Both the position numbers and the translations under genes were made by a program. The notes under the pieces are model-generated. The model saw only the letters and a program-made list of their open reading frames with translations, had not been told where the DNA came from and made no database searches. From Gemmatimonadales bacterium (GTDB lineage: Bacteria; Gemmatimonadota; Gemmatimonadetes; Gemmatimonadales; GWC2-71-9): 64,000 nt of DNA. The stretch is taken from assembly GCA_035557715.1 (NCBI GenBank), contig DATMDQ010000016.1, forward strand, positions 568 through 64,567. The letters are read 5' to 3'. Of this stretch, positions 1 through 8,764 are shown one piece after another. Position 1 is the first letter of the stretch; every line of letters begins with the position of its first letter.

Positions 1-590
1 CCCGCATTTCCAGTCGGTTTGCGGAGCAGTTCGGAGCCACGACCTGCGCCTTGACCGCGGCTGGTGCCGCGTACTGCTGGGGCGGCAACTTCCAGGGCCA
101 AACCGGCAATGGTGGAGTGGAGACAGAGTATCTCACACCGGTGCCCGTGGCCGGCGGCCATACCTTTGTAGATCTCAGCGCCGGGGGATCCTATTCGTGT
201 GGTGTCGACCCGGCCGGCGACGCCTGGTGTTGGGGCTCATATAGTGATGATGGAAGCACCCCGGTTCTGGTGCCTGGGGGAATCCAGTGGCAATCGATCA
301 GCGTCCTGGCCGACCACTCCTGCGGAGTCGCGACATCCGGCGCGGCCTACTGCTGGGGCGACAATGCCACGGGCCAGCTCGGCGATGGCACTAACACCGC
401 AAGCGGGATAGATCCGGTCCCCGTCTCCGGCGGACTGACCTTCCAGTCCGTCTCGGCAGCGCTGGGTTTTACCTGCGGCCGAACGGTAGCAGGAGTCGTC
501 TACTGCTGGGGCGAAGGCTCGTCGGGGCAGCTGGGACAGAACAGCCTCGAGACCCAGCTGAGCCCGGTACCGATCGTAGGGCAGCCATGA
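1..590 (+). CDS. RCC1-repeat beta-propeller protein, C-terminal part (5' end upstream of window)
   Basis: Frame is open from nt 3. Repeated units carry an AYCWG.N..GQ.G.G-type signature (AYCWGGNFQGQTGNG, DAWCWGS, AAYCWGDNATGQLGDG, VVYCWGEGSSGQLG). Stop overlaps the next start (ATGA at 587-590). Confidence 0.8.
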   Translation, partial: RISSRFAEQFGATTCALTAAGAAYCWGGNFQGQTGNGGVETEYLTPVPVAGGHTFVDLSAGGSYSCGVDPAGDAWCWGSYSDDGSTPVLVPGGIQWQSISVLADHSCGVATSGAAYCWGDNATGQLGDGTNTASGIDPVPVSGGLTFQSVSAALGFTCGRTVAGVVYCWGEGSSGQLGQNSLETQLSPVPIVGQP

Positions 591-1765
591 TGCCTTTCCG
601 TCGCTTCCGAGAAGTGAGCATCGGCTTGCTGGTGGGGCTCACCGCCTGCGGAACCGAACCGCCGGCGCCTACGACCGGTACCGTCCAGGTCGTCGCCCAC
701 ACCAACGGGCTCGGCCTCGATCTCGACGGCTACACGGTGCACCTGGACCAGGCATTGTCGCAGTCCCTGGCCGCCAATGGCACAACACACTTCAGCGATG
801 TCGCACCCGGCCCGCATGAGGTGCAGCTCGCGGGAATAGCCGACAACTGCGCTCTCGCACCCGCCGACCTCGCGGTCACCGTCTCAGTTGGTGACACGAG
901 TGTGGTGGACCTGAGCTTGGTGTGCCACATCGATCTTCATGGCCGCCTCGTGTTCATGAGTGAGGCCTACGACAACAACCTCCCTCAACTGCTCGTCATG
1001 TATCCGGACGGAACCGGCCGCTACCGCCTCTTCGTGGATCAGGACGGAAACGGCACGCCGGCCATCTTTCCCGGAGGCTCAGCGGTCGTCTATGGCAGCG
1101 CTCGCAGCAGTGCATGGCGCCTCTTCAGATTCGAGGTCGCCACGGGATCGATCACACCGCTGCCCCACGTCGGTGCCATGGAATTCCAGCCGACCATCTC
1201 TCCCGACGGAACCCAGATCGCGTTCGAAGTGATGGCGAACGACCAGGCGTCCCGGATCTGGGTCATGGGTGCCAACGGGGAGAACCCGACGGCACTGACG
1301 ACCGGCCCGGTGTCCCAGCCATCCGACTTCGCCCCGGCCTGGTCGCCCGATGGACAGTGGATCGTGTTCGCCAGGAACGGCACGCTGCACCGGATCCGTC
1401 CGAACGGGACCATGCTGACCCCGATCCCATGCCCACAGGAACCGTGCAACCATCCCTCGTGGTCGCCCGAAGGCAGTTCCCTCGCCTACACCGGCCTGTC
1501 GGACGATTCCGGCGACGGGATCGGTGACAACTACGATATCTATGTAATGGACCTCGGCACGGGAGGTTCCCAGCGTTTGACCGCGTCGCCTGACCAGGAG
1601 GATACGCCCCGGTGGTCGCCGGATGGCTCGGCCATCGCCTATCAGCGAGTAGTGGGCGGGACCCGCATTCAACTGTTTCGGATGCAGGCAGATGGGTCCG
1701 GAGCAGTGAACTTGACCAATCAGCCGGTCACGGAAGGGCAGCCCGCCTGGGGTCCTGTTCCCTAG
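587..1765 (+). CDS. TolB-like PD40/WD40-like beta-propeller lipoprotein
   Basis: Lipobox-like LVGLTAC near the N-terminus. Repeated PD40 motifs: ISPDGTQIAF, WSPDGQWIVF, WSPEGSSLAY, WSPDGSAIAY. Confidence 0.8.
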   Translation: MMPFRRFREVSIGLLVGLTACGTEPPAPTTGTVQVVAHTNGLGLDLDGYTVHLDQALSQSLAANGTTHFSDVAPGPHEVQLAGIADNCALAPADLAVTVSVGDTSVVDLSLVCHIDLHGRLVFMSEAYDNNLPQLLVMYPDGTGRYRLFVDQDGNGTPAIFPGGSAVVYGSARSSAWRLFRFEVATGSITPLPHVGAMEFQPTISPDGTQIAFEVMANDQASRIWVMGANGENPTALTTGPVSQPSDFAPAWSPDGQWIVFARNGTLHRIRPNGTMLTPIPCPQEPCNHPSWSPEGSSLAYTGLSDDSGDGIGDNYDIYVMDLGTGGSQRLTASPDQEDTPRWSPDGSAIAYQRVVGGTRIQLFRMQADGSGAVNLTNQPVTEGQPAWGPVP

Positions 1766-1880
1766 CCGAGGGAGGGTCATGTCACAATCGAGTGAAGGGC
1801 GCAACCATTTACGGCCGGCGCCCGTCTGATCCTGTGGGACGGAAATGCATTTGCTTACCCCACAGGTGAAAGGATCAGGT

Positions 1881-2450
1881 ATGGTTGTCAAGAATATCGT
1901 TTCCGCTGCGGTTACCGGTCTCTTCCTGAGTGCTGCAGTGGGTCTGGCGCCGGCGGCCGCGCAACAGCCGAAATCGCTGGCCTCCGACAGCGTCTTCATT
2001 ACCAGGACCGGCAGCGCTGGTCTGCTCCAGGTGAAACTCGGGAAGCTGGCGGAAAAGAAGGGGACCAGCACGGCCGTGGTGGAGTTCGGCAAGGGGATGG
2101 CAACCCACTACTCGAAGGCCAACGAAGAGCTCAAAACTGCGGCGAAGGCAGCGGGATTTCCAGCGCCGTCCCTGACGAGACAGGACCAGCTTAGCTTCGA
2201 CCGATTCAATTCGATGGGGCGGGGCTCGTTCGACAAGGCCTACATGACCGAGATGGTCGAGCGTCAGAATGAGGAGTTGCGGCTGTCCAAGGAGGAGTCC
2301 GCCGGTGGGCGGGTGCAGTCGCTGAAGCAGTTGGCATCGAGGATGCTGCCCGACACGGAGCAGCGTCTGAGCCTTGCCAGGCAGACGGGAGGGTCGGTTG
2401 GGGTAAACGTATCGACCTCACAAGCAAGTGAGGCGTCGGCCACCTACTAG
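1881..2450 (+). CDS. DUF4142 domain-containing secreted protein
   Basis: ATG at 1881 is preceded by AAAGGA. Signal-like N-terminus. Motifs LLQVKLGKLAEKKG...FGKGMATHYSKANEEL...FDKAYMTEMVERQNEEL are typical of DUF4142. The ORF-track start at 1845 is probably too early. Confidence 0.8.
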   Translation: MVVKNIVSAAVTGLFLSAAVGLAPAAAQQPKSLASDSVFITRTGSAGLLQVKLGKLAEKKGTSTAVVEFGKGMATHYSKANEELKTAAKAAGFPAPSLTRQDQLSFDRFNSMGRGSFDKAYMTEMVERQNEELRLSKEESAGGRVQSLKQLASRMLPDTEQRLSLARQTGGSVGVNVSTSQASEASATY

Positions 2451-2476
2451 AGCAGGGCAGAAATCTCCGATCTAGG

Positions 2477-2512
2477 AACCGCCGCCGACAGTCGCGACTA
2501 TCGGCGGCGGTT
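2477..2512 (+). terminator. GC-rich hairpin downstream of the DUF4142 gene (possible terminator, no U-tract)
   Basis: Perfect 12-bp stem AACCGCCGCCGA (2477-2488) / TCGGCGGCGGTT (2501-2512) with a 12-nt loop. It is followed by cagcttcc, so there is no T-run. Confidence 0.4.
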
Positions 2513-2577
2513 CAGCTTCCCTCCTTCCGCGGGCGTGATCTCTATCGCCCGACGGCAGCTCCCCGCATCTTGATCCG

Positions 2578-5500
2578 ATGCCATCGAGAGTCGTCATCGT
2601 TGCCGGGATCGCCGTGATTGCGGTGGCGATCGCCGCCTGGCTGTCTCCCCGCGCCGTTCCGTTCGTCACCCTCCAGCAGACACTCACCCGCGACGTCGCT
2701 CTCGCCCGGGCCGACTCGTTCTTTCGCGCGCACGCCCTGACCACACCCTACGCGCGAACCGCGGTCCAGTTCCGGGGCGACGACTCCCTCCGCACCTTTG
2801 TCGAGCTGGCGGGTGGAGGGCTCGATTCCCTCAACGCACTGGTTCGAGGCGACGACGTCGCCCCCTTCGCCTGGTTCGTCCGCGCGTTCGTGCCCGACGA
2901 TCCGCGGGAAGCGCGCGTTGTGTTCGCGCCCGACGGCCGTATCATCGGATTCACCCGCAGACTCGCCGAGGCGGACGCCCGGCCCGCGGTGACCGCCGAC
3001 TCGGGCAGGCGACTGGCGGAGCAGGTGCTGGACAGCTGGATCGACGACCGGATCGATCGCTGGAAGCTGGTCACATCGTCGTACGAGACGAAGAAGGTCA
3101 GCGGTCGTATTGACCGGAGCTATACCTTCGAGCGCACCGACCGGCGCATCGGAGATGCCCCCATCCGCACCGAGGTCGTCATCGCCGGCGACACTCCGAC
3201 TCGGCTGCGTCCCTACGTTGAGATTCCCCAGTCATTCCAGCGGCGCTATGCCGAGATGCGATCCTGGAACGATCTTCTTGCGCTGCTCGCCAGTCTCGGC
3301 ATCGCGGGCATGACCGCGATCGGGATCGTCGCGCTCCTGCGATACGCCCGTGAGCGCCAGGTGCGCTGGCGCCAGCCGATCCTGGTCGGGTCGGTGATCG
3401 GCGCGCTGTCGCTCGCCGCCGCCGTCAATCAGATGCCGGGAAACTGGTTCGAGTACGACACGGCCATGTCGGCGGGTACCTTCACGGCGATGCAGGTCCT
3501 GTTCGCGCTGCTGGCCGGCGTGAGTACGACTCTGCTCCTCGGCGTCACGCTCGCCGCGGCCGAAGCGGCCACTCGGCACGCCTTCCCCCGGCATCTCGAT
3601 TGGTGGAAGCTCTGGCGCTATCGCGGCACCAGAGAGGTCGCGTCTCGAGTCGGCGGTGGCTACGCCGTCGCCGCGATCGCCTTCGCCTATGTCGCAGTGT
3701 TCTATGTGGTGACCCGCACCCTGTTCGGCTGGTGGGTGCCGAGTGCGCTGCTCGACGATCCCAACCAGATCGCGTCGCCGATGCCATGGATCACCGGGAT
3801 CGCGATGTCGGCGAATGCCGCCGTCTGGGAAGAAGCGCTCTTCCGGGCGCTGCCGCTGTCGCTCCTCTCCCTGTGGATTGGGCCGCGGCCGAACCGCCGG
3901 TGGTGGATGGCGGCCGGCGTGGTCGCATCCGCGCTCATCTTCGGATTTGCCCATTCGAACTACGAATCGTGGCCGCCCTATTCGCGCGGCGTCGAGATCT
4001 TTCTCGATGCGTGCTTCTGGGCCGTCCTGTTCCTTCGGTTCGGACTGGTCGTCACCGTCGTCGCTCACTTCGTGTACAACGCAGTGCTGTTCGGGCTCTT
4101 CGCCGGAGCGGGAAACGCCGTAGAGTATCGGGTCACCGCCGCGATCCTGGCGGTGGCCCTGCTCGCGCCGGCGCTCGCCGTCCTTTGGCGGGCCGTTCGC
4201 CAGCGTGGGTTCATCCCGGCTCCGGAAGACGCGCGATTCTCGGCCTGGACGCCTCTCGCCGAACAGGAGCGACCGCGACCGGATCGTCCCAGGGAGGCCG
4301 CCACTGCGTTGACCCGGCCCGCGCGTCGTCTCGCGGTGGCGGCCGCTGTCGCTGGCCTCCTGGTCTCAGTGGGTCGGCCCCCCGAGCCGACATTGGGTCC
4401 GGAGTTCACGGCACCGCGCGGTCGCGTCATTCAGACGGCCGACTCGATGCTGCGCGCGTGGGGAGGCGATCCTGCAGGCTGGACCCGACTGACGACGATC
4501 GACAGTGAGACCCGCGGGACATGGTCGCGCTTTCTGCAGGAGCACGACATCACCGCCGAGGCTGAGCGCCTGGCATCGAGCTACGAGCCTCCGACGTGGT
4601 GGGAGGTGCGCTACGTCCACACCGGGGGTACCACCGCCGAGCGCGCCGAGGAGTGGGCGGTCTACCTCGGGCCGGGCGGGCGGCCGCTCGAGTCGCGTCA
4701 CATCCTGCCGGATTCCGCCCCCCGTGGATCCGCGGATAGCACGGCGATTCGGCGCATCGCCGCTGACGCTCTCGCGCGCGACCGGCTCGATGCATCCACG
4801 CTGAAGGAAACGGAGTACCGGGAGCGGGCTCGCCCGGCTCGGCTGGACGTCCGGGTGACGTATACCGATACCGCAGTGAAGCTGCCGGCCGGAGCGGCTG
4901 CAAGGGTATGGATAGTCGTCGCGGGCGACGAGGCGCTTGGCGTGCGCCGGGGAGTGGAGCTGCCAGAGGCGTTTCTCCGGGCCGATCGGGCGCGGCAGAC
5001 GAACCGGATGGTGATGGGGGTGGTCGCCGTCCTCCTGCTGGTCGGGTTCCTGATCACGGGCGCGCTCGTTGTGAAGCGCCGTCTCTCCCCCGCGGTACAC
5101 GATCGGCTGCTCGATCGGAGAACCAGCCTCAGGCTCCTGGGTGGGCTCTTCGTGCTCGCGACCCTGAGCAGCCTCAACTCCCTGCCGTCCCAGCTCTCCT
5201 CCTATGACACGGCGGAGCCCTGGAGCACCTTCGTCGGCACCCGCGCGCTCGGCTTCATCGAGGCCATCGTCTTCCCGCTATTTCTCATCGCCCTGTTGGG
5301 TGTGCTCGATGCACTGCGACGCCGCGTGGGAATCCCGATGGTGGCGGCCGCGCCCTCGAGATCGGCCCGAACCGACGTGTTGATCGTGGGCCTCGGGCTT
5401 GCCGGGCTTATCTACGTGGCCACTGGGCTCGACGCGCTCATTCCGCCCGGCGGAATGCCGTCCACACCCTCCACCGACCTCAACGATATCGTTCCACTTC

Positions 5501-5955
5501 TCGCCGGCATCCCGGACATCCCGGGGAATGCGATTGGGGTCGTCTCCATACTGGGGATCCCGATCCTCATTGTGGCGGGACTCACCTCCCGTCGCAGCTG
5601 GAGAGCCCTCCTTGCGGTGGCCATGGTGACGCTCGTTGCCGCAGTCGCGTGGTCATTCACGCCCCCGGCTGACGTGGATCCCGCCGGGCTGGCGCTGCTC
5701 ACGGTGAGCCTGGTGGTGGCGGCAGTCGGGATCAGGATCTTCGGTGCGCGATCCGCATGGGCCTGGTTCGTCGCGGCTCTCTTCTATGAGGGTCTGGAGG
5801 GGTTGCGAGGCGCAGTGTATGGCCCCGAGTGGCAGGCACGAGTCGCCGGCGCCCTCATCGTGCTCGTCGCGATCGCGCTGATCGCACTCATCATGCGTCG
5901 TGCCGTGCGTCAACCGGCTCAGGATTCATCGATGGAACCAACATCCGACGCTTAG
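2578..5955 (+). CDS. Very large polytopic membrane protein with a CPBP (CAAX/Abi) intramembrane metalloprotease core
   Basis: 1125-aa ORF with CPBP motifs EEALFRALPLS, FGFAHSNY and HFVYN. Multiple hydrophobic segments flank two soluble-looking domains. Confidence 0.8.
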   Translation: MPSRVVIVAGIAVIAVAIAAWLSPRAVPFVTLQQTLTRDVALARADSFFRAHALTTPYARTAVQFRGDDSLRTFVELAGGGLDSLNALVRGDDVAPFAWFVRAFVPDDPREARVVFAPDGRIIGFTRRLAEADARPAVTADSGRRLAEQVLDSWIDDRIDRWKLVTSSYETKKVSGRIDRSYTFERTDRRIGDAPIRTEVVIAGDTPTRLRPYVEIPQSFQRRYAEMRSWNDLLALLASLGIAGMTAIGIVALLRYARERQVRWRQPILVGSVIGALSLAAAVNQMPGNWFEYDTAMSAGTFTAMQVLFALLAGVSTTLLLGVTLAAAEAATRHAFPRHLDWWKLWRYRGTREVASRVGGGYAVAAIAFAYVAVFYVVTRTLFGWWVPSALLDDPNQIASPMPWITGIAMSANAAVWEEALFRALPLSLLSLWIGPRPNRRWWMAAGVVASALIFGFAHSNYESWPPYSRGVEIFLDACFWAVLFLRFGLVVTVVAHFVYNAVLFGLFAGAGNAVEYRVTAAILAVALLAPALAVLWRAVRQRGFIPAPEDARFSAWTPLAEQERPRPDRPREAATALTRPARRLAVAAAVAGLLVSVGRPPEPTLGPEFTAPRGRVIQTADSMLRAWGGDPAGWTRLTTIDSETRGTWSRFLQEHDITAEAERLASSYEPPTWWEVRYVHTGGTTAERAEEWAVYLGPGGRPLESRHILPDSAPRGSADSTAIRRIAADALARDRLDASTLKETEYRERARPARLDVRVTYTDTAVKLPAGAAARVWIVVAGDEALGVRRGVELPEAFLRADRARQTNRMVMGVVAVLLLVGFLITGALVVKRRLSPAVHDRLLDRRTSLRLLGGLFVLATLSSLNSLPSQLSSYDTAEPWSTFVGTRALGFIEAIVFPLFLIALLGVLDALRRRVGIPMVAAAPSRSARTDVLIVGLGLAGLIYVATGLDALIPPGGMPSTPSTDLNDIVPLLAGIPDIPGNAIGVVSILGIPILIVAGLTSRRSWRALLAVAMVTLVAAVAWSFTPPADVDPAGLALLTVSLVVAAVGIRIFGARSAWAWFVAALFYEGLEGLRGAVYGPEWQARVAGALIVLVAIALIALIMRRAVRQPAQDSSMEPTSDA

Positions 5956-6057
5956 GCCGCCCTCATAGCGGGCAGCGAGGACATGTCGATTCCGCCCACT
6001 CTCGTTCGATGCATAGATAGAGCAGGCATCGCAGTCACACGAGACAGGAGATCTACG

Positions 6058-6417
6058 ATGAAGTATCTGATGCTCATCAAGCACTCGGAGAGCTACCGCA
6101 ACCAGGCCATCCCCCAGGCATTGATGGATGCGATGGGCGAGTTCGTCGGCGAAGGACTCAAGAGCGGCGTCCTGAAGGACACGGCCGGGCTCAGGCCCAC
6201 CTCCGAGGGCTTCCGGGTTCGCTCCAGCAAGAACCGGCTCAAGGTGACGGATGGACCGTTCACCGAGACGAAGGAGATCATCGGTGGTTATGCCCTGATC
6301 GAGGTGGCCTCCCGGGAAGAGGCGCTGAAGACCGCCCGGCAGTTCATGGAGCTGCATCGGGTCCACTGGCCGGAATTCGAGGGGGAGTGCGAAGTGCGCC
6401 CGTTAGAGGGCATGTAA
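6058..6417 (+). CDS. YciI/DGPF-family protein
   Basis: ATG at 6058 is preceded by AGGAG. MKYLMLIKH...DGPFTETKEIIGGYALIEVASREEAL is characteristic of YCII-related proteins. Confidence 0.85.
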   Translation: MKYLMLIKHSESYRNQAIPQALMDAMGEFVGEGLKSGVLKDTAGLRPTSEGFRVRSSKNRLKVTDGPFTETKEIIGGYALIEVASREEALKTARQFMELHRVHWPEFEGECEVRPLEGM

Positions 6418-6656
6418 GGCGGTAAGGCGCCAGAGGAGGAACCTCCCCACGGTCTACTGGGGAGGGGAAGCGGCAGAAGTGGACTCTCTGGAGCGGACGT
6501 CAGTGAGCGGATGTCTGGACTTGTGATCTGAATGGCTCGCGCGAACTGCAGTCCGTGGAAGAGAGCCACTCTGCCGCTGGGAGGGGTGGCTCACCAGCCG
6601 GAGCTTATCGCCGGCGTTCTGGGGAACCCTTCCCGCGGTCGGCAGGTTTCCTAACC

Positions 6657-7775
6657 ATGACACATATCGAACTAGGCCTGGACACGTTCGGCGACGTCAC
6701 CGTCGACGCCGAAGGACGCCCGAAATCACACGCACAGGTCCTCCGCAACGTCGTTACCGAAGCCGAGCTGGCCGACCGGGTCGGCGTTGACTTCTTTGGC
6801 GTCGGCGAGCACCATCGCCCCGACTTTGCCATCAGCGCCCCCGAAGTGCTCCTTGGCGCCATCGCCGGGCGCACCGAGCGCCTCCGCCTCGGCACCGCCG
6901 TCACCGTCCTCAGCTCCGACGACCCGATCCGGGTCTACCAGCGTTTCTCCACCCTCAACGCCGTCTCGAACGGGCGGGCCGAGGTGATCCTGGGCCGGGG
7001 CTCGTTCACCGAATCGTTTCCGCTGTTCGGCTACTCGCTGGACGATTACAACGTCCTCTTCGACGAGAAGCTCGCGATCTTCGCGGCACTGCGGGATGCC
7101 GACCGCAACGGCCAGCCGGTCGGGTGGAAGGGAACCGTGCGTCCGCCAATCGAGGGTGTGCGAGTCTATCCGCCGGTGGAGAATCCGCCGCTCAGCACCT
7201 GGGTGGGAGTCGGAGGCAGCCCGGAGTCGGTGGTCCGCGCCGCGCGCTACGGCTTTCCGCTGACGCTCGCCATCATCGGCGGTGACCCGCGGCGGTTCAA
7301 GCCCTACGTCGAGCTCTACCACCGGGCCCTCGCTCAGCTAGGGCATGGAACGCTGCCGGTGGGCATTCACTCGCCGGGGCACATCGCGGAAACGGATGCC
7401 CAGGCGCGCAAGGAGCTGTGGCCGGCCTACCAGGTCATGCGCAACAGAATTGGTGCCGAGCGGGGGTGGCCCCCGACCAGCCGGGCCGAGTTCGACCACG
7501 AGATCGCCGAGGGGTCACTGTATGTTGGGTCGCCCGAGACCGTGGCCCGCAAGATGGCCGCGACGGTGCGCGCCCTGGGCGCGTCCCGGTTCGATCTCAA
7601 GTACAGCGCAGGGACGCTGGGACACGACCTGCTGCTGCGGAGCATCGAGCTGTATGGACGGGAAGTCATACCTCGCGTGCGGCAGTTGCTGGGGGAAGCG
7701 AGTCATCCCGAGCAGAGCGCTCGAAATTACTCACGGTTGCCTTCAGCGCCACCACTGCGCGCTCCTTCGCCTTAG
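6657..7775 (+). CDS. LLM-class (luciferase-like) flavin-dependent oxidoreductase
   Basis: MTHIELGLDTFGD...FFGVGEHH...LGTAVTVLSS...GRGSF are typical of the luciferase-like monooxygenase family. Start chosen at 6657. The 3' end converges on and overlaps uvsE. Confidence 0.85.
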   Translation: MTHIELGLDTFGDVTVDAEGRPKSHAQVLRNVVTEAELADRVGVDFFGVGEHHRPDFAISAPEVLLGAIAGRTERLRLGTAVTVLSSDDPIRVYQRFSTLNAVSNGRAEVILGRGSFTESFPLFGYSLDDYNVLFDEKLAIFAALRDADRNGQPVGWKGTVRPPIEGVRVYPPVENPPLSTWVGVGGSPESVVRAARYGFPLTLAIIGGDPRRFKPYVELYHRALAQLGHGTLPVGIHSPGHIAETDAQARKELWPAYQVMRNRIGAERGWPPTSRAEFDHEIAEGSLYVGSPETVARKMAATVRALGASRFDLKYSAGTLGHDLLLRSIELYGREVIPRVRQLLGEASHPEQSARNYSRLPSAPPLRAPSP

Positions 7776-8688
7776 CCTCGACATCCACCGTGATGGTCCG
7801 ATCCAGCCAGAACTCGGGAAAGTCCGCCGGATCGATGTAGTCGGCATGGGCCCTCGGGTTGGGCGACTCCCACCCGTCCCTGGGTGACGAGATGTGCGTG
7901 TACGGCTCGCGGTCTCCCCAGGTGGCAAACGACTGCTCGGTTGCCTCTTCGACGGAGAGCCCGTCGCCCAGGCAGCGGTGATGATGGACGTCGTAGACCA
8001 GCGGCACGCCGGAGCGCCGGCACAGCGGCAACAAGTTTCGGGGTGTGAAGCACCGGTCGTCGTTCTCCAGAGCCAGCCGCCCACGAGCCCTCGGTGACAG
8101 GAGCTCGAGTCCCCGTTCCAGTCGCTCCACCGCAGCCGGAACTCCTCCGCCCGCACCTCCCGCATGCACCACGATCACGTCCGCCCCGACCAGCTCGGCC
8201 ACCTCCGCCTGCAGCTCCAGCTCCTGCACCGCTGACTTCACCACCGGCTCCCGCTCGGAGTTGAGCACCACGAACTGGTCGGGATGAAGACTGAGCCGCA
8301 CATCGTAGGCTCGCGCCAGCGCACCGGCCCATTCATATGCTCCGGCGATCCCACCCGAGCGATCGAGATCGTCCAGGGTGTATCCGCTTTGGGGGTGAGT
8401 GGCGAGTGGCAGTATCTGACTGGTCATGCGAAAGGCGCCGATGCCCAGCTCGTGGCAGCGCTCTACGGCCGCAGCCAGGGCACCGGCGTTATGGCCGGCT
8501 ATATCCGCCAGATAAGCTCGGCGGTCTTCCGGCTCGAGTGTGGCGACATACCGATGAGTCGCCGCCCTGAACTGGATGGGTGAGTCGAGGAACTGACAGC
8601 AGAGGCCCCATCGGAGTCGGGAGTCGGGAGTCGGGAGCTGGGAGTCTCGAGCAGAAGCCAAGCGAAGGGCGTGCCCCGAGCTTGCCAA
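7666..8688 (-). CDS. uvsE: UV damage endonuclease UvsE/UvdE
   Basis: WGLCCQF...LSLHPDQFVVLNS...VVHAGG...LALENDD...VYDVHHHRC match the UvdE TIM-barrel family. The only in-frame canonical start upstream of the conserved core is TTG at 8688, so the first ~25 codons are encoded by the GGGAGTC repeat array. Confidence 0.85.
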   Translation of the reverse strand: MASSGHALRLASARDSQLPTPDSRLRWGLCCQFLDSPIQFRAATHRYVATLEPEDRRAYLADIAGHNAGALAAAVERCHELGIGAFRMTSQILPLATHPQSGYTLDDLDRSGGIAGAYEWAGALARAYDVRLSLHPDQFVVLNSEREPVVKSAVQELELQAEVAELVGADVIVVHAGGAGGGVPAAVERLERGLELLSPRARGRLALENDDRCFTPRNLLPLCRRSGVPLVYDVHHHRCLGDGLSVEEATEQSFATWGDREPYTHISSPRDGWESPNPRAHADYIDPADFPEFWLDRTITVDVEAKAKERAVVALKATVSNFERSARDDSLPPATAAREV

Positions 8689-8764
8689 ACGAATCTCTAC
8701 CTGTGGAATGACACCCTCCTCGACTTCGTGACCCCTAGCTCCTGACTCCCGACTCCCGACTTCC
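8612..8764. repeat. Inverted arrays of a tandem heptamer (GGGAGTC x~5 at 8612-8650; GACTCCC x~3 at 8737-8764)
   Basis: Read directly: cggagtcgggagtcgggagtcgggagctgggagtc ... agctcctgactcccgactcccgacttcc. The arms are reverse complements (~24/26) separated by ~90 nt. Confidence 0.9.

Noticed and set aside
1079-2092. 337-aa minus-strand ORF opposite the TolB-like and DUF4142 genes
   Set aside because: It is antisense to two genes with clear family motifs, spans their intergenic gap and has shadow-ORF composition.
8612-8764. Tandem repeat arrays (here and at 9906, 12436, 38078, 47264, 50256) considered as CRISPR arrays
   Set aside because: Units are 7-9 nt, directly abutting with no spacers, and occur as inverted pairs. 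No cas genes are present. This is not CRISPR architecture.
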